Assembly (NCBI RefSeq): GCF_000315625.1
Contig: NW_005434442.1
Coordinates: 1-56,486 of the forward strand
Direction of reading: 5' to 3'
DNA: 56,486 nt
Source: Guillardia theta CCMP2712
Lineage: Eukaryota > Protista > Cryptophyta
Shown in pieces: positions 1 through 8,028 of the stretch. Numbering within the stretch: the first letter of the stretch is position 1; each line of letters opens with the position of its first letter. Position numbers and translations under genes: made by a program. The notes beneath the pieces were generated by a model. The model did not search any database. It saw nothing but the letters and a program-made list of their open reading frames with translations, and had not been told where the DNA came from.

Positions 1-824
1 GCTATTTGAAGTATACAAACCTCTCGCTTGCAGCTTCCTTGGCGCCCTGGCAGCTTCCCCTACACCACGCGTGCAGCCATGGTGCCTGAAATAACCGGCG
101 CTGCCTGAAATAACCGGCGCTGCCTGAAATAACCGGCGCTGCCTGAAATAACCGGCGCTGCCTGAAATAACCGGCGCTGCCTGAAATAACCGGCGCTGCC
201 TGAAATAACCGGCGCTGCCTGAAATAACCGGCGCTGCCTGAAATAACCGGCGCTGCCTGAAATAACCGGCGCTGCCTGAAATAACCGGCGCTGCCTGAAA
301 TAACCGGCGCTGCCTGAAATAACCGGCGCTGCCTGAAATAACCGGCGCTGCCTGAAATAACCGGCGCTGCCTGAAATAACCGGCGCTGCCTGAAATAACC
401 GGCGCTGCCTGAAATAACCGGCGCTGCCTGAAATAACCGGCGCTGCCTGAAATAACCGGCGCTGCCTGAAATAACCGGCGCTGCCTGAAATAACCGGCGC
501 TGCCTGAAATAACCGGCGCTGCCTGAAATAACCGGCGCTGCCTGAAATAACCGGCGCTGCCTGAAATAACCGGCGCTGCCTGAAATAACCGGCGCTGCCT
601 GAAATAACCGGCGCTGCCTGAAATAACCGGCGCTGCCTGAAATAACCGGCGCTGCCTGAAATAACCGGCGCTGCCTGAAATAACCGGCGCTGCCTGAAAT
701 AACCGGCGCTGCCTGAAATAACCGGCGCTGCCTGAAATAACCGGCGCTGCCTGAAATAACCGGCGCTGCCTGAAATAACCGGCGCTGCCTGAAATAACCG
801 GCGCTGCCTGAAATAACCGGCGCT
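1..824 (-). mobile_element. 5' end of a second (distal) copy of the telomere-associated ORF1-only element
   Basis: 1-66 is nearly identical to 3507-3572 (start region of the 724-aa ORF). It is followed by the same layout of a 19-bp array and then CCTAAACCCTAAA. Confidence 0.8.
83..823. repeat. Perfect 19-bp tandem array (TGCCTGAAATAACCGGCGC) x39
   Basis: 741 bp = 39 x 19, with no spacers and no visible variants. Confidence 0.97.
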
Positions 825-933
825 CCTAAACCCTAAACCCTAAACCCTAAACCCTAAACCCTAAACCCTAAACCCTAAACCCTAAACCCTAAACCCTAAA
901 CCCTAAACCCTAAACCCTAAACCCTAAACCCTA
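825..933. repeat. Interstitial telomeric tract (CCCTAAA)n, ~15 units
   Basis: Direct reading. The C-rich strand is on +, so the chromosome end lies to the left of the window. Confidence 0.97.
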
Positions 934-960
934 TTATTATTATTATTATGTGAGTTTATT
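934..960 (-). other. Polyadenylation-like signal and (TAA)5 tail
   Basis: + strand TTATTATTATTATTA at 934-948 abuts the telomeric tract. TTTATT at 955-960 reads AATAAA on minus. Confidence 0.7.
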
Positions 961-1112
961 AGAATGCTAGAATGTTGCTCGGCCTCGTTGTGGGCTTATG
1001 CAATTTGATCCTAGTCTAAAGAGGCGCTCGAGCACTGGGAGTACACGGCCTACAATGCGAACCCTGCTTCTGAGGCGTCTTTCTACTCTCTACTTCTGCT
1101 GTCTTCTCTTGG

Positions 1113-1330
1113 CTTCCTCAGCCTCAGTCAGGAGAGTTGCCTCTCCTCACCTTGGCCTTCGGTCACCACCTACTCTACCTCCATTCAGCTTCCTCAGCCT
1201 CAGTCAGGAGAGTTGCCTCTCCTCACCTTGGCCTTCGGTCGCCACCTACTCCTCCTCCATTCAGCTTCCTCCGCTTCAGTCAGGAGAGTTGCCTCTCCTC
1301 ACCTTGGCCTTCGGTCGCCTCCACCTTCTC
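1113..1330. repeat. Three ~75-bp direct repeats in the element 3' UTR
   Basis: CAGTCAGGAGAGTTGCCTCTCCTCACCTTGGCCTTCGGTC occurs three times. Each copy contains the hairpin AGGAGAG-ttgc-CTCTCCT. Confidence 0.9.
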
Positions 1331-1349
1331 TACTTACCTTGAGCTCAGC

Positions 1350-3524
1350 TCAAGCTCGGTACGGGCTCGCCCCGTCTTCTTCCTCGCCCTCGCCTTGCTC
1401 TTCCTCCATGTCTTCCTCTTCTTCGCCATCTTCCCTCATCTCCACCCGCAGTCGGTCCTTCTTGTCCACCTTCAGCGAGCAGGCCAGCACATGCATCTCT
1501 GCGAATTTACTCAGTGCTATGAACAGGAAGCTAAGAGATCGACGCTCTATGTCGTCGCTCTCCGCCTCCTGCTCAAGCTCAGCAGCTGCCGTTGCCCGTG
1601 GCGAGAACGCGCTGCCCCTCCTTGCCTTCTTGCTCTCTCCTTGCACGCGAGTCCAGCGCTTGCTCTGCAGCCACTTCCCCAGCTTCTCCTTGAGAACGTT
1701 GCGCCCAACTCCCTGCTCCTCTGGCATCTTCGCCCACTCTCCCAGCGACATGAACTCCAGGCTCCCCGGAGAGTAGAACGTGTCGTGGAGGTTGCCAACG
1801 GCCTTGTCCAGGACCAGCTTGATCGGCTCGCTCGTCCCCGCCTCGTTCAAAGAAGCTGCATCTTCGATGACTGCTGACAGCTCGCTGACGAGCTGCATGT
1901 CCTCTTGGCTTGACGGAGATGCTGCCTCCATTGTGATCCTCTCCAGGTCTGTAAACTCCAGCCACTCTCCCTCGCTCTCCTCCTGTCGCTGCGCTGCGTC
2001 GCTGGTGCCCCGCTGACCAGCCGCCTCAGAGTCAGGCTCCTTGTCGAAGCCGACTGCTTCGAGCTTGGTTGCTGCGCCTTCGAGATAGAAGGGCAGCTCC
2101 TTCATCATGCGTCGAGCATCCTCCGTGGAGCCGAGGAGGATGCATAGCTTGGACCCGTTCCAGGACTTGGTGTTCAAATCCTCCTCCATGTCGATGCCTT
2201 CAACGTTGATCTCGAGCCTGTTAGCGATCTCCAACAAGACTCTCTTGACTCTTGCGATAGACGTGTTGCCGCCGTTGCACAGCCCCTCCATCTCCTTCCT
2301 CGTGAAGCGACCAGATGCCGCCGTCGACTTGATGATGATCTTGATCTCCTTGCCGTCCTTGCCGCCTGCCTTCTTCTGCATCCTTGATGCCTTCTTCAAC
2401 TTATTTCTGGACACAAAGCGATCAGCTGTCAACTCGACTGCGAGCGCCTCTCTGATCTTCGGGTCCTCGCTGAACAGAGTCAGGTGTACTCCCTCCATCG
2501 CTTCGCTCTCTCGGAAAGCTCGAAATGCTGTATCATTCGCCTCTGGGCAGCTCGAGGAGACGATCCACTCCACCTCCCTCTGTCTCCAGATGACGTTGGC
2601 CCCTACAGCGATGAAGCCTTTCTGACCTAAGCCTTTGTGGACTTGCTGTCCTGGCGCCCCAGCGACCAGCATGCCTGCCAGCGGCTGGAGTTGGACCGCT
2701 GCAAGGGACTGGCGCAGCAGCTGATAGCGATAGACGGCAGCTATCTCAGCCGTTGTCATGCCGCCCAAGGTTAGCAGGTGAGTCAGCTCTGCCAAGCTGC
2801 CCCCTTTGCCCCAGGGTCCTCTCTTGGCTCGAATCTTGAAAGATCTATCGTGCACGATGCTCACATGTACAGCTGTGAACTTGCGACCATCGATCGCGAA
2901 GTCCTCTCTTCCCTGCCAGAGCTTCTCCGCTTGTGCATTGCGGAGGAAGGAAACAGTCACCGGGATCTCCTCAGCACTCGCTATCTCGGGTCTATACGGA
3001 GCCTTCCACATGATTGCTTTACTCTCTTGCACTGAGTCTACGATCAGTCCGATCTCTTCAAATTTCTTCTTCAGCTTTTCTTCATGGTTGACATACACCG
3101 AGGAGATGCCCAGGAGAGTCATGGAGATGAAGGAAGTCACCTCGTTGCCTGCTGAGGCGGTGTATGTCTCGACCTTCTCCTTCTTGGCTTCTTCAATCTG
3201 CTGCATAAACCACTCTCTGGATGCGTCACTCCATCCAGTCATCGCTTCTTGCAGAAGCTCACGTCGTGCCTGCTGACATGTCGAGCGGATGGCTTCTGCG
3301 ATAGCGTCGGGGGTGCATCCCTCCACAGCCTTGCAAGCCTGGGCTGTCCTGCTGTTCGGATAACGCTTCGCGAAGCTCTTCACCCTCTCGACGAGATCAG
3401 CTTCGAGGACAGAGGCATCCACAAGTCCGCTCTGCGTGTATTGGCATGATCTCCGATACAGCAGGTTGCGAACATTTTCATCATACTGAAGAACCATACT
3501 TAGAAAGCTATTTGAAGTATACAA
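1350..3524 (-). CDS. ORF1/gag-like protein with putative RRM-like folds (first ATG at MVLQYDE)
   Basis: 724-codon intronless ORF. VTVSFLRNAQAEKLWQ..FAIDGRKF and LCILLGSTEDARRMMKEL resemble RRM beta3-alpha2-beta4. Acidic C-terminus. No YxDD RT or endonuclease motif seen. Confidence 0.55.
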   Translation of the reverse strand: MYTSNSFLSMVLQYDENVRNLLYRRSCQYTQSGLVDASVLEADLVERVKSFAKRYPNSRTAQACKAVEGCTPDAIAEAIRSTCQQARRELLQEAMTGWSDASREWFMQQIEEAKKEKVETYTASAGNEVTSFISMTLLGISSVYVNHEEKLKKKFEEIGLIVDSVQESKAIMWKAPYRPEIASAEEIPVTVSFLRNAQAEKLWQGREDFAIDGRKFTAVHVSIVHDRSFKIRAKRGPWGKGGSLAELTHLLTLGGMTTAEIAAVYRYQLLRQSLAAVQLQPLAGMLVAGAPGQQVHKGLGQKGFIAVGANVIWRQREVEWIVSSSCPEANDTAFRAFRESEAMEGVHLTLFSEDPKIREALAVELTADRFVSRNKLKKASRMQKKAGGKDGKEIKIIIKSTAASGRFTRKEMEGLCNGGNTSIARVKRVLLEIANRLEINVEGIDMEEDLNTKSWNGSKLCILLGSTEDARRMMKELPFYLEGAATKLEAVGFDKEPDSEAAGQRGTSDAAQRQEESEGEWLEFTDLERITMEAASPSSQEDMQLVSELSAVIEDAASLNEAGTSEPIKLVLDKAVGNLHDTFYSPGSLEFMSLGEWAKMPEEQGVGRNVLKEKLGKWLQSKRWTRVQGESKKARRGSAFSPRATAAAELEQEAESDDIERRSLSFLFIALSKFAEMHVLACSLKVDKKDRLRVEMREDGEEEEDMEEEQGEGEEEDGASPYRA

Positions 3525-3588
3525 ACCTCTTGCTTGCAGCTTCCTTGGCGCCCTGGCGGCTTCCCCTACACCTGACGAGGAGCCATGC

Positions 3589-3645
3589 TGCCGAAAATAA
3601 CGGCGCCTGCCGAAAATAACGGCGCCTCCCGAAAATAACGGCGCC
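3589..3645. repeat. Three 19-bp units (TGCCGAAAATAACGGCGCC), variant of the 83-823 array
   Basis: Direct reading. Same length and position as the distal array, but diverged in sequence. Confidence 0.92.
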
Positions 3646-3646
3646 T

Positions 3647-3665
3647 CCTAAACCCTAAACCCTAA
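3647..3665. repeat. Short telomeric tract CCTAAACCCTAAACCCTAA (innermost telomere junction)
   Basis: Direct reading. Non-telomeric AT-rich sequence starts at 3666. Confidence 0.9.
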
Positions 3666-3850
3666 CATTATACAGATGATAGTTGTGATATGTTTGTGTC
3701 ACAACATGTATGTATGATACTCCAAAGAGTGATATAGAGGGGTCATATAATGTATTGTACGTGGGTTGTGTGAAGGGCCGGAGTCACAACGCTTGGCGCT
3801 TCGCGCCTGCGCTGGCCGACCCCCTTGTACGGGCTGTGTGCAGGCCTATA
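3666..3850. repeat. Intergenic repeat: truncated AT-rich palindrome + GC-rich hairpin module
   Basis: Aligns by eye with 7270-7453, including GAAGGGCCGGAGTCA..ACGCTTGGCGCTTCGCGCC..GACCCCCTT..GGGCTGTGTGCAGGCCTA. Confidence 0.85.
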
Positions 3851-3861
3851 TAACATACTCA

Positions 3862-5379
3862 CTAAGAAGGTGGTTTATAAGCGGCTAAGAGTGTATCTTT
3901 GAGTTCAGATATGACTGTGAGTGATTTATTCCTCTCCTGTTCAACCCGCAATTGAATCTCTAATTCATGTCTCTCCCGCAGATGTTCAAGGTCCTTCTGA
4001 TGCTCAAGTTGCTGTTGTTCAAGCTCCTTACGCAACTCCTCAATATCCTGCGTAAATCTTGCAACAGATTGACCATACCTCTTCGTAAGATTAGGATACA
4101 CACTCTGTGTCACATGCTTGAATTGCAATGGTGTCAATACCACTATCTCCGTATGCTTCTTATACTCCAATCTCACCGATATCTCATCATCCGACAACAA
4201 ACCATCATACAACTCATGCTTCAACTCCGTCTCGGCCTTGCTCGTATACATCTTATCTATATATCCAAAACATTTCACTCTCATATCCACTTTATCAATA
4301 TCCTTGAACCCCCTCTTGTGTTGCATCAAACGCTGGTCTATATTATTACTTATACCAAACTTACACACCATGGCATTGTCCTTATGTCTCTTAGGTATGT
4401 CCATATCATCTCTCACATCCTTCACATATCCCAGAGTTACCAAATACAGACATGACACCTCGGGTGTTACCCCACAGCTCAAGAACTCCCTGAATGAATC
4501 AACACTCACACCCAACATCGTATATGCCAATCCCTGTCTCTGTTCAACAGTTCCCATCTGGACCGTAAAGAGGACCCTTGAGGCCCATTCTTGGAAATGC
4601 TCTGCTATGCCACTCCTAGAACTGAACAAGACCTTCAACATGCCATTGTAGGTGAGAAACAATGTTTTCTGTAAGGATGGTTTATTAGGATTGTTCTGTT
4701 CTCTGTAAGGACGTGATTGCTGATTTAACACCTCCGCCGTGACAATAAAGGTTTTATAATGAACAAGGTTTTTGTATCCATATTCTTTATGCATAATTGT
4801 AGACTTGATGTTGTTCATTTGAAATGCTTTAGCCACCTCGGATACTTTGAAGAAGCATTTGTTGTTTTCTCTTTCTCCTCTGACCTCTATTTCAAGACTC
4901 TTGCCCTTATCATCCTTAAATTTCTCGTGTTCTTCCAGCTCAATGATTGGTGGGGCCAGTTCATACTCGTATACAGCTTGCTGTTGAGACTCAACAATAG
5001 GCACTTCAGGTTGTTCCTGAGATTGTTCCTTAGTTTGTTCCTGAGATTGTTCCTTAGTTTGTTCCTGAGATTGTTCCTTAGTTTGTTCTTGAGGTTGTTC
5101 TTGAGGTTGTCCTCTCATGCTCGGGATGTTTGAAAGCACCCATCCCTCTGATAGGAGTAGCTTGGCCTTCCTATTATCTTTAGTAGAGAATTTCCAACCA
5201 GCTTTGATGCTATAGGATCCAAAGAAGTAGTCAGAGGTGGGAATGTTATGTTTATCGATGATCTTACGGATAGTTTTGGCACATCCAAAGAAAAATAAAG
5301 AATCAAAGGCACGAAGGTCTTCAGCATCGAAGACCGTATGGCCACAGAAGTCGAAAGGGGAGGGTTTATTGGAAGTCAT
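3862..5379 (-). CDS. BRO-N-like domain protein with C-terminal T5orf172/GIY-YIG-like domain and coiled coil (NCLDV type)
   Basis: FFKVSEVAKAF...FLTYNGMLKVLFSSRSGIAEHFQEWA (BRO-N-like). CLYLVTLG...KFGISNNIDQRLMQH (T5orf172-like). QEQTKEQS linker repeats. Confidence 0.75.
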   Translation of the reverse strand: MTSNKPSPFDFCGHTVFDAEDLRAFDSLFFFGCAKTIRKIIDKHNIPTSDYFFGSYSIKAGWKFSTKDNRKAKLLLSEGWVLSNIPSMRGQPQEQPQEQTKEQSQEQTKEQSQEQTKEQSQEQPEVPIVESQQQAVYEYELAPPIIELEEHEKFKDDKGKSLEIEVRGERENNKCFFKVSEVAKAFQMNNIKSTIMHKEYGYKNLVHYKTFIVTAEVLNQQSRPYREQNNPNKPSLQKTLFLTYNGMLKVLFSSRSGIAEHFQEWASRVLFTVQMGTVEQRQGLAYTMLGVSVDSFREFLSCGVTPEVSCLYLVTLGYVKDVRDDMDIPKRHKDNAMVCKFGISNNIDQRLMQHKRGFKDIDKVDMRVKCFGYIDKMYTSKAETELKHELYDGLLSDDEISVRLEYKKHTEIVVLTPLQFKHVTQSVYPNLTKRYGQSVARFTQDIEELRKELEQQQLEHQKDLEHLRERHELEIQLRVEQERNKSLTVISELKDTLLAAYKPPS

Positions 5380-5448
5380 TTCTTACTTACCTATATATAC
5401 GTTTATTCCTTATATCAATTTGTGATGAGGATGGTGTGTGTTTTCAAA

Positions 5449-6480
5449 TCAAGACATGTTGTTCAAGAAGTCAATGTATAGATGCAAGAACTGCTTATCG
5501 AACAGTTCACCAGATAGCCTATGATTGCGGAAGTGATCGTGTATATGTTTCTCAGACTGAACAACATGTTCAACATCCTTTGTAAGAAGCATGATATCTT
5601 TGCCATAAGCCATAACGTATCTGCTTCTGAGAGCTTTGATGGTGCCTCTCCACATGCCAATCTTGACACCATTGAATAGAGGTGACGTCACAATATAAAC
5701 ATATCCTATTAGATCAGGTTGTATGTCAATCCATTTAGTAGCATGGGAATGAGTTGTAGAAATAAACTTATAGACCCACAAAAGGATATTATCTGCGTTG
5801 TGGTTCAAGGGTTGTATCTTGCTAGAGAACAAAACCTTATGTAAGCCTAAGTATGTAAGGAATAAACGCTTTATAGTCACATTGTCATATTTACAAATAA
5901 ATGTTTTATAATGAACTCTTTCAACATATCCTCTATCTTTACGTAGAACAGTTGATTTGATATTATCCATATGGAATGCTCTGGACACATCCGACACCTT
6001 AAAGAAGCATTTGTTATGTTCCCTCTCCCCTCTGACCTCAATCTCAAGACACTTTCCTTTATCATCCTTGAACTTCTCTTCATCCTTGAGCTCGATGATA
6101 GGAGGTGCTGGCTCACACTCAATGGTTTGTTCATTGTCAGGTAGGGGTTGCTCTTGGACAGGTTTAGGTTGGTCTTTTACAGGTTCGGATTGTTCTTTGA
6201 CAGGTTTAGGTTGGTCTATCATGTTAGGAACATGTTCTAAGACCCATCGTTGGGATAGAAGGAGCTTGGCCTTCTTGTAGTCTGCGTCGAACTGCTTCCA
6301 GACATTCTTAGTGAGCAGTCCGAAGAAGTACTCGGACTGAGGGATAGATTGTTTGATGATGATTTGTCGGACACCTTTGGAGCATCCAAAGAAAAAGGAG
6401 GGATTGAACTGTTTGAGGTCTTGGGCATCATAGACGAGATGGCCTAGAAAGTCAAAAGGAAGGGGTTTATTGGAAGTCAT
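5449..6480 (-). CDS. BRO-N-like paralog with a different T5orf172 (GIY-YIG-like) C-terminal domain
   Basis: N-terminus is homologous to the 505-aa neighbour (MTSNKP.PFDF, APPIIEL..EKFKDDKGK.LEIEVRGERE.NKCFFKVS). C-terminus GYVYIVTS..VKIG..EKHIH..F..HRLSGELF. Confidence 0.78.
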   Translation of the reverse strand: MTSNKPLPFDFLGHLVYDAQDLKQFNPSFFFGCSKGVRQIIIKQSIPQSEYFFGLLTKNVWKQFDADYKKAKLLLSQRWVLEHVPNMIDQPKPVKEQSEPVKDQPKPVQEQPLPDNEQTIECEPAPPIIELKDEEKFKDDKGKCLEIEVRGEREHNKCFFKVSDVSRAFHMDNIKSTVLRKDRGYVERVHYKTFICKYDNVTIKRLFLTYLGLHKVLFSSKIQPLNHNADNILLWVYKFISTTHSHATKWIDIQPDLIGYVYIVTSPLFNGVKIGMWRGTIKALRSRYVMAYGKDIMLLTKDVEHVVQSEKHIHDHFRNHRLSGELFDKQFLHLYIDFLNNMS

Positions 6481-6620
6481 TTCTTACTTACCTATATATA
6501 TTCGTTTATTCCTTATATCAATTTGTTATGAGGATGATGTGTGATACCGGGGAGCGCCCCAGACGCGCTAAGACGGAGGTAAGACTGAGGTAAGACTGAG
6601 GTAAGGCCTATATGAATCAG

Positions 6621-6783
6621 ACACAATGCCTCGTACAAGATCCATATGATATTATCTATATGACCTCTTTAAACGCCATATAGATGATAGTTGATATCTA
6701 GGTTGAATGATCTCAACATGTTTATATGATATAAAGAGAATGCTATAGAACAGTGATATTGTGTATTGTACGTGTGATCGTGT
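6621..6783. repeat. ~160-bp imperfect palindrome (intergenic family copy)
   Basis: Begins ACACAAT..CTCGTACAA and ends TTGTACGTGTGATCGTGT. Homologous to 7217-7374. Confidence 0.7.
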
Positions 6784-6830
6784 AAAGGTTGGATATAAAG
6801 GGAAAATGTATAATATATAGAGAGAAGAGG

Positions 6831-7217
6831 ATGTCGGAAGACAAGAAAGAAGCTATGAGACAATACAACAAAGCCTATCTACAACGAAGAAAAGAGGATG
6901 GGACAATACAAGAGATTTATGATTATATTGCGGAGTATAACAAGACTCGATATAATACAGATCCAGAATTCAGAGAAAGAATCAATGACTATCTAAGACG
7001 TTACCGTAATGATAGGTACAAAGCAGATGAAGAATTCAGAGAGAGAGTCAAGGAAGGCAACAGGAAGCAATATGAAGACCCAGTAAAACGGGAACGAAGA
7101 CGTGAGAGGTATCAGGAGCAGAAGAGAGCATCGGGGAGCGATGTTTCCTATGGAAACAATGGGTCAGCGACTCTGTCGCTTCCCTCCCCGAACGCGCTTA
7201 CTACTACAGTCAACTAA
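6831..7217 (+). CDS. Small highly charged helical protein (virus-like hypothetical)
   Basis: ATG at 6831 after an AT-rich promoter-like stretch. Repeated RYxxDxEFRER motif. Confidence 0.6.
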   Translation: MSEDKKEAMRQYNKAYLQRRKEDGTIQEIYDYIAEYNKTRYNTDPEFRERINDYLRRYRNDRYKADEEFRERVKEGNRKQYEDPVKRERRRERYQEQKRASGSDVSYGNNGSATLSLPSPNALTTTVN

Positions 7218-7453
7218 CACAATATCTCGTACAACATTCATATAATACTCTCTATGACTGCTTCTTGAGCATTTATAGATGATAGTTGATATATCTTTGT
7301 ATCACAACAAGTCTTTATAGAACTCTAAAGAGTGATATAGAGCGGTCATATGATTTTTGGTACGTGGATTGTGTGAAGGGCCGGAGTCATGACGCTTGGC
7401 GCTTCGCGCCTTCGCTGCCCGACCCCCTTATACGGGCTGTGTGCAGGCCTACA
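7131..7453. repeat. Complete structured intergenic unit: 3-way junction + ~160-bp palindrome + GC hairpin
   Basis: TCGGGGAG..CTCCCCGA encloses TGTTTCC-tat-GGAAACA and AGCGAC-tct-GTCGCT. 7217-7374 has imperfect inverted arms. GGCGC-ttc-GCGCC hairpin follows. Confidence 0.8.
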
Positions 7454-7543
7454 ATGTACTTAAGGAAGTTGTGTAGAGGTGAAAGCATGGTGGTACGAAG
7501 GATTAAGCTATTTATAATGAGAGCTTAATGAAAAAAACAAGAA

Positions 7544-7936
7544 TTAGGAATTCCGAAGTAGTTTCTCTTGTTGATATTTTTCGCGTTTCTTGCGGTTGAT
7601 TTCATCTTTGTTCTTATGGTACCAATTCAAAGAAGCTGCTCTCTGATTCTCCCTATACTCATTTTGTTTTTCAGGGGACAGTTGTTGGAACCACTGTTTG
7701 TTGTACTCAACAACCTGTTGTTTTTCTTCTGGGGTCTTATCATGATACCTTTGTAAATTGGTATGATGTGTTCGCTGATATTGCTTTTGATATTCGCGTT
7801 GGTAATTCTTTTGATAGTCAATTTTCTTTTGAGGCCAATAAGTCTTTTGATATTCCCTCTGATACTCTCGTTGGTAGTTTCGTTGGTATTCTTTTCTCTT
7901 GAGTTTCTTCAATTCATCAGAAGAAGGGTCTTCCAT
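7544..7936 (-). CDS. Small basic/Gln-Tyr-rich protein (virus-like hypothetical)
   Basis: 130 aa, with repeated YQRE/YQK units and the WYHKNKDEIN motif common in viral small ORFs. Divergent from the TVpol gene. Confidence 0.6.
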   Translation of the reverse strand: MEDPSSDELKKLKRKEYQRNYQREYQREYQKTYWPQKKIDYQKNYQREYQKQYQRTHHTNLQRYHDKTPEEKQQVVEYNKQWFQQLSPEKQNEYRENQRAASLNWYHKNKDEINRKKREKYQQEKLLRNS

Positions 7937-8028
7937 TTGTATAATAGTATATACATGAAATTGTTCTTAAGCGCGTTTGAATGTACTTAAAGAATAGGTT
8001 TGTTATAAATTATAATATACATCAAGTG
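7937..8028. promoter_or_regulatory. Putative bidirectional viral-type promoter
   Basis: ACTTAAAGA at 7985-7993 precedes ATG 8029. The same 9-mer lies on minus at 16539-16547 before the Mre11-Rad50 ATG. GCTTAAGA on minus precedes 7936. Confidence 0.45.

Larger units (their letters stand above)
934..3646 (-). mobile_element. Telomere-inserted, ORF1-only non-LTR-like element (complete copy)
   Basis: On the minus strand: TTTAGG | 3 x 19-bp repeats | single long ORF | repeated 3' UTR | AATAAA (955-960) | (TAA)5 (934-948) | TAGGG(TTTAGGG)n. A second copy starts immediately distal. Confidence 0.65.

Noticed and set aside
83-823. CRISPR array
   Set aside because: Contiguous identical repeats with no spacers, no cas genes, and a eukaryotic context.
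1113-1330. Hammerhead ribozymes (CTGAGGA on minus strand), as in Penelope-like elements
   Set aside because: No correctly placed GAAA and stem II/III could be built, and the element orientation is opposite to terminal Athena-type elements.
998-3449. Plus-strand ORFs overlapping the 724-aa ORF
   Set aside because: Antisense shadows or repeat-derived Ser/Leu-rich frames.
7131-7200. tRNA or ribozyme
   Set aside because: Only two internal hairpins; no T-loop/D-loop or catalytic core consensus.
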